64,000 bases of DNA from an uncultured delta proteobacterium (lineage in GTDB: Bacteria; Desulfobacterota; Desulfomonilia; Desulfomonilales; Desulfomonilaceae). Made by a program: the position numbers and the translations under genes. Each line of letters begins with the position of its first letter. Position 1 is the first letter of the stretch. The stretch covers positions 1,504,001-1,568,000 of the forward strand of contig CAWBKB010000001.1 of assembly GCA_963789265.1 (NCBI GenBank). The letters are read 5' to 3'. The notes under the pieces were generated by a model. That model ran no database searches. It saw only the letters and a list, made by a program, of their open reading frames with translations, and was not told where the DNA came from. Of this stretch, positions 40,423 through 50,528 are shown one piece after another.

Positions 40423-40439
40423 GTGCGAAACTTTCGCAC
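40423..40439. promoter_or_regulatory. Palindromic candidate enhancer (UAS)
   Basis: GTGCGAAA-C-TTTCGCAC about 110 bp upstream of the sigma54 box. Confidence 0.55.
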
Positions 40440-40547
40440 TTCACGTGAAAACCCGCTCAAAACCGTGAAGGAATTGACCATCTTAAAGCCACGACAGATC
40501 ACCCCCATTATCAGTAATCCGCCAGGATATCAGGCTATATTCGTACT

Positions 40548-40563
40548 TGGCACTGTAATTGCT
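40548..40563 (+). promoter_or_regulatory. Sigma54 (-24/-12) promoter
   Basis: TGGCAC-tgtaa-TTGCT, perfect consensus and spacing. Confidence 0.8.
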
Positions 40564-40572
40564 TATAGAATG

Positions 40573-40634
40573 AGGCAACAACGTATATAATCCATACCCT
40601 TCTTAGCAATCCTCCTTTTGGATTGCTTTTTTTT
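40573..40634 (+). ncRNA. Putative ~60-nt sigma54-dependent small RNA
   Basis: Lies between the sigma54 box and the terminator AGCAATCC-TCCTTTT-GGATTGCT followed by a T-run. Confidence 0.6.
40605..40634 (+). terminator. Intrinsic terminator
   Basis: 8-bp stem AGCAATCC/GGATTGCT plus T-run. Confidence 0.8.
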
Positions 40635-41334
40635 GCTCTAAAACGGGACCACGGACTCGCTGGACCTTGCTCGGCTCTGCTAGACGGGATATCTCGACCT
40701 ATTGGGTGGGTCTCTTCCAGGTGTGTCTCATCTCGTAGCCGGTTCCTCCCACGACCAGCAAACCAAAACCTAGGGCTGTAATCCGCTAAACCGCTGTCAT
40801 CACCGTATCTTCCTACAAAGAGAAGTGGACCGAGGCTTGCTGACGGAATATCCGGGCATCCTAATCGACAGGTGACTTCGATCCTATGTTACCAGTTTTC
40901 CCGGTTTCCAGAAAATTGCTAAGAGGTTGGATGACCTCAAGATTGGCACGCCCGGACTATGGTCGCAGGACTCTTCATAACGGTGTGGCAGCGAAAAATC
41001 TTCTATCTTGGTAATACAGGTGCTGTTGACAACTTAAGGGATTTTGCACTGGGGCGATCAAGAGTAGATCGTCTTGTACTTCACGTCTAAAGAGCTTTAT
41101 CAAAAGAGTTCCTTGCCTTCTTTCGTAGAGCACGACCAGTTTGAAAAATTCTCTGACCGAGAAAAAGACCTTTAAGCATGTTAAACCAATGCGTTAAGCC
41201 GCTCAGGACAGGTCATGCGGACAGTAAATAGGTGCTAGGGGTAAAAAAGTACTTGACATTGGATCTACAAGTATGGTCTGTTAATTGACAGACTGGGTAA
41301 TAGGTAAGAAGTTGAACTTTGAAGGAGATGGAAC

Positions 41335-41745
41335 ATGGCAATTCAGGTCCTAATAGATGATAAGCATCGACACAGAGGGGACACGTACGTCAGCATAAAT
41401 CCGAAGCTGAACCGCCTCCTGTTGTACAAAAGGGCCTACGAGGACATGAAGAAAGCCTATGGAAAGGACATTGATCATGTCCTGGTCCTTTGGGACGATG
41501 AACGTCCCCATCTGTTTTGGATTCAGCCTTGCGAGGCCGACGTAGAGGGAGCCCGGAAGTTGGATACGCCAAGTGAGAATACGCGCACCCTCTCGATCAG
41601 GATGCTCCTCAGCAAACTTGGATGGAAAAAAGACAGAGGAACCGTGAGGCTGCCTCTCGATTGGGATAAGGATCAGAAGGCGGCGATCATAGATACCAGC
41701 AAGGCCGAAGAGGCACCCGGATCGGGACGTAAGAGAGGCAAATAG
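41335..41745 (+). CDS. hypothetical protein
   Basis: AAGGAG RBS; TTGACA promoter-like boxes at 41253 and 41285. Confidence 0.65.
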   Translation: MAIQVLIDDKHRHRGDTYVSINPKLNRLLLYKRAYEDMKKAYGKDIDHVLVLWDDERPHLFWIQPCEADVEGARKLDTPSENTRTLSIRMLLSKLGWKKDRGTVRLPLDWDKDQKAAIIDTSKAEEAPGSGRKRGK

Positions 41746-41972
41746 AGAGAAGGACTGAAGAGAAAAGGCTGGATTACCGAACCTGATTGGAATCCACCCT
41801 GTAACAAAAAAATAGACCTTGCGCCGATTTGAAGCACACAGCTTGCTGGGCGCAGAAGAAATACAGGCTAAAGCGTGCATGGACCCGTCCAGCCGCAGAG
41901 CTTGGCGGGTTTTTGTTTTTGAAGGGTTGCTCGGGAGCCGCCGAACGGAGGCGGCAACCTGTGAGGGAGAAG

Positions 41973-42329
41973 ATGAGTTCCAACGTAATCCTGTTACCAA
42001 GGGTGATTCGACGCAGGGATGCAGCAGCATATCTGGGCATGGACAAGAATCGATTTGATCGAGAAGTCCGACCCTCCCTGACCGAATTCCCTATTGGGGA
42101 TCAGGGCGTTGGATTCGATAGGCTTGACTTGGACAACTGGTATGAAGAGTATAAGGCTCGCAACGGTCGTCCCGGCAAGCAGAAAGGAGCAAATAAGCTA
42201 TGGGACGAAAGAAAGTCGCCGGTCTCATCAACCGTAAAGGGATATGGCACCTCGACAAAGTTGTCCGAGGAAGAAGAGTTTGCGAAAGTACTGGCGAAAG
42301 TAACATCGAGAAAGCGGAAGAGTATCTAG
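41973..42329 (+). CDS. Excisionase-like HTH protein
   Basis: IRRRDAAAYLGMDKNRF...FDRLDLDNW; GGGAG RBS; overlaps the integrase 5' end by 130 nt. Confidence 0.8.
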   Translation: MSSNVILLPRVIRRRDAAAYLGMDKNRFDREVRPSLTEFPIGDQGVGFDRLDLDNWYEEYKARNGRPGKQKGANKLWDERKSPVSSTVKGYGTSTKLSEEEEFAKVLAKVTSRKRKSI

Positions 42330-43297
42330 CACGTAGAATTGAGGCGATCAGGCAAGCAGAGATTTACGGCGTGAGGCCGAAGAGAAGTTTTCGCCAGGCT
42401 GCAACTAAGTATTTGAAAGAGGCCACGAAGGCCAGTATAGGTCGAGATGCAGACCTACTGAAAGTATTGGAACCATTCATCGGGGACCTTCCCCTAGACT
42501 CCATCCACATGGGGAAGCTGCAGGCGTTTATTGTGAACCGTGAGGCTGCTGGGTGGAAAAAACGGACTATCAACTATGGCTTACAGGTGGTCAGGCACAT
42601 CCTCAACTTGGCTGTGAACGAATGGATAGACGAGTACGGTATGACTTGGTTGTCTCATACACGAAAGGTTAAGCTCCTCAAGGAAGACGACAAGAAGGAG
42701 CCGTACCCTCTGTCCTGGCAGGAGCAGGTACGCCTCTTTGACGAGTTGCCGCCTTATTTGGCGAAGATGGCACTATTCAAGGTCAATACGGGATGCCGGG
42801 ACCAAGAGGTTTGCAACCTCTTGTGGGAATGGGAAGTGCCCGTGCCTGAACTGAACACCTCTGTCTTTATCATCCCTGCCCACCTGGTTAAGAATCGGCA
42901 GGATCGACTGGTGGTGTTAAACCGGGCCGCTAAGGCAGTGGTTGAGGAAATGCGCGGAGTCCATCCTACACACGTGTTTTCCTACAAAGGTAAGCCCCTT
43001 CAAAGGATGTACAACCGGGCCTGGAGGGAAGGGCGTAAGCGTGCCGGACTCCCCCATATCCGGGTTCACGACTTGAAACATACCTTCGGGCGCAGGCTCC
43101 GATCTATCGGAGTGTCTTTTGAGGATCGGCAGGATTTGTTAGGCCACAAGTCCAGCAGGATCACAACCCACTATTCTCGGGCCGAACTGGCGAATCTCAT
43201 CTCCGCCTCGAACAGAGTGTGTGACAACGAGTCCCGCAAAAGTCCCGCACTGGTTATCTTGAAAAAGAAACCCCGCCTTGCCGTCGTCAACAACTAG
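42200..43297 (+). CDS. int: Phage-type tyrosine integrase
   Basis: TGCRDQE, KN, HDLKHTFG, LLGH, TTHY catalytic motifs; adjacent to a tRNA. Confidence 0.95.
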   Translation: MGRKKVAGLINRKGIWHLDKVVRGRRVCESTGESNIEKAEEYLARRIEAIRQAEIYGVRPKRSFRQAATKYLKEATKASIGRDADLLKVLEPFIGDLPLDSIHMGKLQAFIVNREAAGWKKRTINYGLQVVRHILNLAVNEWIDEYGMTWLSHTRKVKLLKEDDKKEPYPLSWQEQVRLFDELPPYLAKMALFKVNTGCRDQEVCNLLWEWEVPVPELNTSVFIIPAHLVKNRQDRLVVLNRAAKAVVEEMRGVHPTHVFSYKGKPLQRMYNRAWREGRKRAGLPHIRVHDLKHTFGRRLRSIGVSFEDRQDLLGHKSSRITTHYSRAELANLISASNRVCDNESRKSPALVILKKKPRLAVVNN

Positions 43298-43317
43298 GCG
43301 GGATTCTTAATGATTCG

Positions 43318-43393
<76 letters not shown>

Positions 43394-43497
43394 TCCAATG
43401 GCAGAGCATCATATATATGGAAGGGCATATCTGTCAACGAATTTCCGGGAGCGTCCGGGTATGCATTCAGTTACAGCCGGAATTTGCGGGTGGCTTC

Positions 43498-43564
43498 GTG
43501 GGGTGGGCTTTCTAGCCCGCCATTGAACAGGGGTTTCCCCGGCAGGCTGGAAAGCCTGCCCCAC
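43498..43564. repeat. Inverted REP doublet
   Basis: GTGGGGTGGGCTTTCTAGCCCGCC ... GGCAGGCTGGAAAGCCTGCCCCAC. Confidence 0.7.
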
Positions 43565-43608
43565 AAGACTGAATGGTTACACGTCCGGAGGGCGGTTGCA
43601 CGCGGCCG

Positions 43609-45450
43609 TCACTTTTTAAGATAGTCGCGGGCAAGGTTGCGCACGCCCTTATTCTGTAACATGTGGAATGTGCGCATCCTTTTCACGTGTATAGGGTTGA
43701 GCGAGCCCAGAGGGATGTAAATTATTCTCTTCCCCATGCTCTTCGCCAACTTCTTCCATCGCATAGCCGGCGCCTTACGAGCGACATAAACCACTCCCGG
43801 CTTCTCTGAATAAACGATTCCCGCGACCAACAACCGTTCGTGCCGAGTACGCACAAAGTCGAATGCGGGATCGGTCCAAATATCGAACATTCTCAGCGGG
43901 GGATAAGACATCGCAAATCCGCCATGTTCCATTCGACTGATGCCCGGTCCCACGACCTCCGCTCCAGGCAATGTCGAATAAAAGGCCATGTCCGACTCCT
44001 GGGAGTGTTCACCAAGCCAGGTCATCTGAAACGGATAGCTGACAAACTTCTCGTCTTCATCGAAAATCACTACAATTGAGCCGAATTCCAGGCCGCCTTG
44101 ATTCTCTGTTTTGACGTAGATGCGATTCTCGTAAAATCTTCTCAGCGTCTGTCGAATGTCGGGTCCTTCACCGAAATCGGCAACAAACGGCTGCGCATCC
44201 GTCTGAGCTGTCTGCAGCAAGTGATTCGCGTGCTTCATGAGGGCATCGCCCCAACGTTCCACTTGCACATCCTCGGGCGGGTATGAGCAGATATCCAGCT
44301 CATTCGGATCGGCAGTCTCCCAATTGCGCTTGAGGTGTTCCCTCCACTTCGCGGTGTTGACGGCCTTCATTCTGTACTTCCTGGAAACATGGAAGAAGGT
44401 GCGTAGCTTCTTGTGCAGGACTATCTTGTGCCCGTGGAACATCAAGTTGTCCTCGTTCAAGAGCACCGCGGAAGGATCGAAAGGGTCGTTGGCCCAGGCA
44501 TACTCCGAGAGGAATTCGTGCACATAGTAACCGAAGTCTTCATCCATGGCCGAACGTGCAGCAGAGACAAGATGGTACAAATCCGGAAGTAACTCTCCCT
44601 TGTACGCAAGCCATTTCCTAAGAAATTTCGCCCAGGTGACCCGGACATAATTGGGTACCTCCTGGCGCGTCTGACGAGTGAAGTAACCAATTGCGGCCTC
44701 CATGAGCGACACGATCATATCATGGCGATTCTGCGGCGGATCCTCTCCAGGGTCTTTACGCCATTTCTCAAAGGCCTCGGTGATTCTGGGTATTTCAGTA
44801 AAGCCTTTTTTTAGGGAATCCGGATGGACTGGAGCCACAAGCGCAGCATTCACACCTGTTCTCATCAACGGGAGCGGCTGAGGTGCTTGGAGCCGTTCCA
44901 GTATCCCCGGAATGTGAGCAAGGCCGCCGACAAACAGGACCTTATTGTAATCACGGGCCGCGCCTTGTAAGCGTGAAACCATGAATGTCTCGCGTTGAGC
45001 ATTTCCCTCGTCTTGCCAGAGGAGGTCCTTGCCGTGAGACGAGACAGTCTCTATGAAAGTCTTTTGGCCGACCTTGTCGATCAGGTAAGCATCGGGTATG
45101 CGGTCCATAAACAACGGGTAACGCAGCGGAAGAGGATCTATGAACCAGACTGGGATTTTGTTTTCCAAAGCCGACCGTGCCGCCTCCTGGACACCGTCGG
45201 ACCCTTCCATTATGAGAACCGCATTTTCCTTCTCGGCAGTTTCATAGAGAATTACAGAATGATACGGAAGTCGTCGCACACCGGAGATAATTTCGTTGCG
45301 CAAAGCATTGGGTAGCTCAACGCAGATACAATCGGGCTTCTCGTTTCGGACATAAGTATTCACCAGGACCGAGAATTCAACCCGGTAGTGCAGGACCCCA
45401 ATGAGCGTAATGTTGCCGAACCTGACGAGATCAGACCAGTTTTGGCCCAT
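43609..45450 (-). CDS. Conserved hypothetical protein, MoxR partner (N-terminal TraB/ChaN-like fold)
   Basis: GVLHYRVEF, CICVELP, RETFM..RL, FVGGLAH; overlaps the ATPase stop. Confidence 0.75.
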   Translation of the reverse strand: MGQNWSDLVRFGNITLIGVLHYRVEFSVLVNTYVRNEKPDCICVELPNALRNEIISGVRRLPYHSVILYETAEKENAVLIMEGSDGVQEAARSALENKIPVWFIDPLPLRYPLFMDRIPDAYLIDKVGQKTFIETVSSHGKDLLWQDEGNAQRETFMVSRLQGAARDYNKVLFVGGLAHIPGILERLQAPQPLPLMRTGVNAALVAPVHPDSLKKGFTEIPRITEAFEKWRKDPGEDPPQNRHDMIVSLMEAAIGYFTRQTRQEVPNYVRVTWAKFLRKWLAYKGELLPDLYHLVSAARSAMDEDFGYYVHEFLSEYAWANDPFDPSAVLLNEDNLMFHGHKIVLHKKLRTFFHVSRKYRMKAVNTAKWREHLKRNWETADPNELDICSYPPEDVQVERWGDALMKHANHLLQTAQTDAQPFVADFGEGPDIRQTLRRFYENRIYVKTENQGGLEFGSIVVIFDEDEKFVSYPFQMTWLGEHSQESDMAFYSTLPGAEVVGPGISRMEHGGFAMSYPPLRMFDIWTDPAFDFVRTRHERLLVAGIVYSEKPGVVYVARKAPAMRWKKLAKSMGKRIIYIPLGSLNPIHVKRMRTFHMLQNKGVRNLARDYLKK

Positions 45451-46279
45451 CAATTGAGGCACGGTCTTCTCCGGTGATTTGTAGGAGTGATTGGTCAAGA
45501 GCCTTCCGTTCATCGAACTTCGAATCGGATTTTATCAATCTATGAGCGTACCTGGCGATGTTCAGTCCGTCGCGGATGCTCAAATCCTCGTCTCTTGTGT
45601 GCGATTGCTGAAGTATGGCAACCACCTGGCGGATGAGATCATCGGACGGCCCATCCAGCTTGCCCCTGAGGATGCGATATTCTTCGTCTCGGGTCGGGAA
45701 ATCCATGTGTATGGCAGGCTGAAGTCGAGAATGAATGTATTCGGGGACCTCGAAGGTGGAAGCATCTTCGTTCATTGTAACACATACCCTGAATTCGGGT
45801 CGTGCCTTGATCTCGACTCCGGCGACTATCGAGTACACGCTGCGCCGCATGTCCAGAAGAGGGGCGATTGATGCCCAACTTTTTTCACTCATTCTGTTGC
45901 CTTCATCGAGGAGGCAGATTCCGCCGCGTACCATGGCCGTGACCAGTGGCGAAGCCATGTACCGAATTTTATTGTTGTCTGCTATGACTGGTGACACGAT
46001 GAGATCCTCGGGCTTGGTGTCAACGGTACACTGGGTGATGTACAGATCCTGTTTCATCTCCTTGGCGGCCGTGATCGCCAGAGAGGTCTTCCCAACGCCG
46101 GGCTTCCCCAATATTCTGGGCTGCATAGGTGGATCGAAGTCGTCCTCGGACCATGCAGCCAGCAGTTGCGTGAGGGGCTCTTTCATCCCCACCCATTCCA
46201 CCTCCAGTTCAGGTGGATCTACCAGATAAATATCCACGCCTTTCGAGGTAATCTTGTCCAAGTTCTTGGTCATTTTCAT
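45431..46279 (-). CDS. MoxR-family AAA+ ATPase
   Basis: GKPGVGKT, CLLDEGNR, FRVCVTMN. Confidence 0.9.
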   Translation of the reverse strand: MKMTKNLDKITSKGVDIYLVDPPELEVEWVGMKEPLTQLLAAWSEDDFDPPMQPRILGKPGVGKTSLAITAAKEMKQDLYITQCTVDTKPEDLIVSPVIADNNKIRYMASPLVTAMVRGGICLLDEGNRMSEKSWASIAPLLDMRRSVYSIVAGVEIKARPEFRVCVTMNEDASTFEVPEYIHSRLQPAIHMDFPTRDEEYRILRGKLDGPSDDLIRQVVAILQQSHTRDEDLSIRDGLNIARYAHRLIKSDSKFDERKALDQSLLQITGEDRASIDGPKLV

Positions 46280-46650
46280 CCTGTCTTCTCGGTTTTCGGC
46301 TCAAGCGACCACAGGTCGTACCGGGGAGTGCCTGTAATCGCTCGCCAGCGCTGGGGAATCAAGGAGTGAAAACTCGCGTTCCGCTGTCTCAGCCTTGGCA
46401 TTGCAGGAGATCAGCTCGTCTCGCTCGCAATGACAATTTTCATCTTATGTGCGCCAATGTTTATGAATTCCTCAGCATTATGGCTTGATTGTAGGCGAGG
46501 AAACTCGTGCTGTCAACCGACAGCCGAACGGCAAAGGGCAGGGCGAGGGATGAATCTGTTTCTGAAGGGCAGGTAGTACGGGCATTTCCATGAAGTCATT
46601 ACGGCAGTAAGGTATGTCCTTTGCCACTGCATACAGATCCAGACTGGAAC

Positions 46651-47835
46651 TCAAACCCACCTGGAGAAAACCACATTGGACAACAGGCGACCTTTAGGAG
46701 TGAGAGCAAGGTGGTGTCGGTCAAGAATGAAAAGACCGGCCGGTTCCAGATCTCCGATCGTGTTCACTACGAAAGTTCGAGCATCTATTGAGTAACGTTT
46801 GCCTATAAACTCCAGATCGATCCCTTTCACCAGTCGTAGCCCCATGATGAGGGCGTCTTTGAATCGGATCATCGGGGTTAGCTCAGCCCGCGAAGCAAAA
46901 GGCAGTCTGTTGTTCTGCACGGTCTGTTCGTATCGTTCCAGATCCTCGATGTTCGCGTACCGATGGTGCCCAGTCATTCCGTGCGCACCGGGTCCCAATC
47001 CAATATAGATCTGGTCCTGCCAGTATTTGAGATTGTGTCGAGCGAAAAGACCTTTTCGGGCAAAGTTCGACAGCTCGTAATGCTCGTACCCGGCCTCCTT
47101 CGCGAACAGGCAAATGTCTTCATAAAGATCCGCGGATAAATCGTCGTCAAGAGGCGGTATCCGCCCGTCACGTATCAGCGCTTCGAGTTTCGTGCCGCGC
47201 TTCAGTTCCAAAAGATAGATCGAAAGATGCTCCGGCCCTAGTTCAATGACCTTCTCCAGACTGTATCGAAGCGACCCGCGGGACTGCCCGGGAAAGCCCA
47301 CGATGAGATCCACCGAAACATCCTCAAAGCCTGCATTGCGCAGGTCCTCATAGGTTGCGACGGTTTGCCGTGCGGTATGCGGCCTCCCCATGGAGTCCAG
47401 CTCGATGTCGTGTGCGGACTGCATCCCCAGGCTGACCCGGTTTACTCCTGCCTGCCGGAATTCGCGGACCGCGGATCGGGTGGCCGTCGCGGGGTTGATC
47501 TCCATTGTAATTTCGGGCGTTTGGGTGACACGAAAAGATGACTGAACAGCTTCGATCAATTTCGCTATTTTGCTTGGGGGCAAGAGGGAAGGGGTGCCGC
47601 CTCCGAAGTAGATGGTGTCCACAAATGTGTCGTCAGAGACGGAGCCGGATGCCGACTGCCCGCTCCTTAATCGGATTTCTTTGATGACGGAATCGACGTA
47701 AGGATCTATTAGACCGGCTTCATAGAGATTCGTCACAAATGCGCAGTAATGACAGCGGCATATACAAAACGGCACGTGTATATATATTCCAACGGGGCCG
47801 AGGGCCGGAGGAAATACGGGATCAAAGGTGTTCAT
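46651..47835 (-). CDS. hemW: Radical SAM heme chaperone HemW (HemN-like)
   Basis: IYIHVPFCICRCHYCAF, YFGGGTPS, YELSNFA, HNLKYW. Confidence 0.92.
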   Translation of the reverse strand: MNTFDPVFPPALGPVGIYIHVPFCICRCHYCAFVTNLYEAGLIDPYVDSVIKEIRLRSGQSASGSVSDDTFVDTIYFGGGTPSLLPPSKIAKLIEAVQSSFRVTQTPEITMEINPATATRSAVREFRQAGVNRVSLGMQSAHDIELDSMGRPHTARQTVATYEDLRNAGFEDVSVDLIVGFPGQSRGSLRYSLEKVIELGPEHLSIYLLELKRGTKLEALIRDGRIPPLDDDLSADLYEDICLFAKEAGYEHYELSNFARKGLFARHNLKYWQDQIYIGLGPGAHGMTGHHRYANIEDLERYEQTVQNNRLPFASRAELTPMIRFKDALIMGLRLVKGIDLEFIGKRYSIDARTFVVNTIGDLEPAGLFILDRHHLALTPKGRLLSNVVFSRWV

Positions 47836-47999
47836 GGCAGTTTCGGTTGATGGCATGGATACAGTAGGTGGCAAGCGGACGTAACGCTAATCGTGGCGGA
47901 ATGCCCCAACTCGATAGTATTAGCTGCTTTTCAGTTCAGGCCAACGCGGGAGACTAGCCAAGACTTTAACATCCCTAAGTGCCGCAGAGTGAGTCCCGA

Positions 48000-48298
48000 T
48001 CATTTCCTGCCTCTGTGCCTTCCGTGCTTAGGCATCCGGCAAGGGTAGGGTGGTTCCAGAACCGGAGCAGGCTGCATTTGACCCGGACAGCAATAGGACG
48101 GCGGAGGAGGATAGTCGCAACCATAGGACCCCTCGCCACCATAGCGCGACCGCCACTGCATCCTCTCTCCATAGCTCACTCCCCACAAGCTGAGCGCCCG
48201 TACGAGCTTTGTCCACAGGCAGTGCCTGTTGGAGCCATAGAAGACATTATGCTCAATCCTACAACTAAAACCAACCCTCTTAGAATAGCCTTCAACAT
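48000..48298 (-). CDS. Secreted Cys/Gly/Pro-rich small protein, apparently frameshifted near 48180-48200
   Basis: RBS plus signal peptide MLKAILRGLVLVVGLSIMSSMA; continues in another frame as GVSYGERMQW...YPPPPSYCC. Confidence 0.45.
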
Positions 48299-48548
48299 AA
48301 CTCTCCCTCTCTCTTGAAGCAGGCGGCATAAATCTCACCGTCGAGAAGTATATTATCAGACTTTTTGGTGCACAGGGGAAGATTTTTGACGGCGCCGTAG
48401 TGTTCCTGGCAACTTGCAGACAGCGGGAGGAGCATTGTGATCCGCGAATATCCAAATACCAACCAAGTTCAGTGGGGATCCGGTGACGGACAAACAGCGA
48501 CGAGCACCTGAGGAAGCACTTGAGCTTCTACTCTCGTGAATCTAATGC

Positions 48549-49008
48549 TTAAGCGCTCTTTGACGGAGGGTTTACGATGCGAAGGCCCCAGAGGATGAGC
48601 GCAAAGGAAATAAGACCTGTCGGCCCGGACGAATACGCCACGCCTCTGATCAGAGCCTCTTGAAAGGCACTTCCGTGTGCAGCTCCTGCCGCCAGCGGCA
48701 TTGTTTCGTTGCCGACTCCCCAGATGCCGGCCATCACGTATGCGGCCAAGATAGCGAAAGCCGAATAGAGCAGAAACCAGAACGCAATTCGTGAAGTTGC
48801 GACGCCGAGATTGAGCTTGGGCCACAACAGCCCCAGAGCCAACAGCATAACGCCCTGTAACGCGCTAAGCCTATGTACCTGACAGTCCAAGGGGCGGCGA
48901 GGCCAGGTGTGGAATCGCGAAGCCTTCTAATGACGTGAACAAGAAGAGGGCAATGCCGAACTGGAGCAGACGACAGCCCTGACGTGATAGTACGATAGAT
49001 GTGTTCAT
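48549..49008 (-). CDS. StyC-like (styrene oxide isomerase family) four-TM membrane protein; apparent +1 frameshift at 48879
   Basis: LLQFGIALFLFTSLEGFAIP..GLS joins VHRLSALQGVMLLALGLLWPKL when one base is removed. Confidence 0.7.
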
Positions 49009-49494
49009 GAGTCCTCCGATACCAGGCCGTTTGATTGCGGCCCAAATTGGAACTGATGAACTGCACAAGCGTCGGCGTCGCTTACTACGCGGCGAACAGA
49101 GTGGGACGTATCGCGGATTCGATCTCGTGAGAGACGCCATGTCTCGTAAGGCGGGAGACCCCAGGATGACACTCCACTACCAATTGGGAGTCGAAAACGT
49201 AGTTGCTCGCAGCGCTGTGCGATGACCTCGCGCCCGGGGCGGGACGGATCATGGCGAGTCGCAGGCAGGCACCGCGGAGGAATGGGGAAAGAGAATAATC
49301 CACCACATCGTACGCAGAATGGTCTCGTACTTGGACAGCAGAATTTCTCCGTATCGAAGTGGGACCTGCGCGCTTCCCGACCTCCACGGCTGCCTTGCGG
49401 CCCATAGGCAATAAGCTATTAAAATTTGCTAGAGATTGCCGTCTGGGCCATTCCTGCGAAGTCCACAAAAGGGAAGAATCTCTGAGGAGCCTAC

Positions 49495-49971
49495 CTATCC
49501 CCGCATTTCTGCCATAGCCGTTTCATGCCGCTTTCGCAACTCCTCGAAAGGTACGTCCTCTTTGTGCGTTGCGAGCGACCAGGAATGGCCGAAGGGATCG
49601 GTTACTTGTCCGAAGCGATCTCCCCAAAACATGTCCGCAACCGGCATTGATACCTTGGCGCCGGCCGAGACAGCCTGGTCGAATACTTGGTCAACATCCT
49701 TTACGTACAAGAAAATATTGACCGCCGTACCACCTAAAGCCTGAGGAGAACGACAGTCGCCGCTTTCCATCTCGTCGGACAACATGATAATGGAATCACC
49801 GATCCTGATCTCAGCGTGGCCGATTTTTCCGGGAGGACCTTCAATGCGATACAGTTCCTCGGCCCCCAAAGCCTGTTTATAGAAATCAATGGCTCCGGCA
49901 GCATCACGTACAACTAAATACGGAGTCACAGTGTGAAAACCTTCTGGGATTTCTTTTGCTTGACTTGCCAT
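49495..49971 (-). CDS. VOC/glyoxalase (PhnB-like) protein
   Basis: TVTPYL, AIDFYKQALGA, HAEIRIG, MFWGDRFG.VTDPFGH.W. Confidence 0.92.
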   Translation of the reverse strand: MASQAKEIPEGFHTVTPYLVVRDAAGAIDFYKQALGAEELYRIEGPPGKIGHAEIRIGDSIIMLSDEMESGDCRSPQALGGTAVNIFLYVKDVDQVFDQAVSAGAKVSMPVADMFWGDRFGQVTDPFGHSWSLATHKEDVPFEELRKRHETAMAEMRG

Positions 49972-50280
49972 TGTTCTTTCCTCGTCAATTCAGATTGCGT
50001 TTCAATTGGTCAAGATTTTAACAAAATGTAATCATCGTCTTGAGAATGGGAAGAGGCCGAGGAACGGAATTGCGCGGCAGCCATGCGATCTCGAACATTT
50101 TTCGGGTCTGTAACTGCTTGCGAATACTTTCGATACCCCCATACAAGTTGCGTCTCCGGAATATAACCTCCATCATAATGGTATATTAACGGAAAATAAA
50201 TGTGATTGCTTGAAGTCGCTTGCTTTGGGATTTACTGACGTGTTTTTGAAGAAGTATATCTAATGATTACAATATGTTAT

Positions 50281-50354
50281 TGGCTGGGGGACGAGGATTC
50301 GAACCTCGGTTAACGGGGCCAGAACCCGCCGTCCTGCCGCTAGACGATCCCCCA
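50281..50354 (-). tRNA. tRNA-Gln(CTG)
   Basis: TGGGGGATCGTCTAGCGGCAGGACGGCGGGTTCTGGCCCCGTTAACCGAGGTTCGAATCCTCGTCCCCCAGCCA. Confidence 0.95.
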
Positions 50355-50528
50355 AGCAGTTCATCATCTTAGATTTCGAGTGACAGCATGTCAAGATCAA
50401 AATCCAAGGATCTGTTTTGGCTATCTCTGTGGCGCTCGCCAACGAGAAGAGCGTGCCGACCATTGCGATCTTTTCCAAAAAAGTGCAATGCTAATACGGT
50501 CTAACTAGACCAAACTGAGATCAATGCA

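Larger units (their letters stand above)
1..43317. mobile_element. Genomic island (integrative element) inserted at the 3' end of tRNA-Phe; left border outside the window
   Basis: Tyrosine integrase ends 20 nt from the tRNA-Phe CCA end, with an overlapping excisionase upstream. Content is Prim-Pol, IS elements, HEPN nucleases and pseudogenes, switching to housekeeping genes after the tRNA. No second att copy seen. Confidence 0.8.

Noticed and set aside
1..43317. Intact prophage or conjugative ICE; second att site
   Set aside because: No structural, packaging, relaxase or T4SS genes and no duplicate of the tRNA-Phe 3' end found within the window.
48172..48182. Third selenoprotein (CGE-TGA-AMERGC) on the minus strand
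   Set aside because: The read-through frame looks non-protein-like and the TGA is not in a redox motif; a frameshift gives a more plausible product.
50281..50354. tRNA-Gln as a second integration site
   Set aside because: No integrase or duplicated 3' end nearby.
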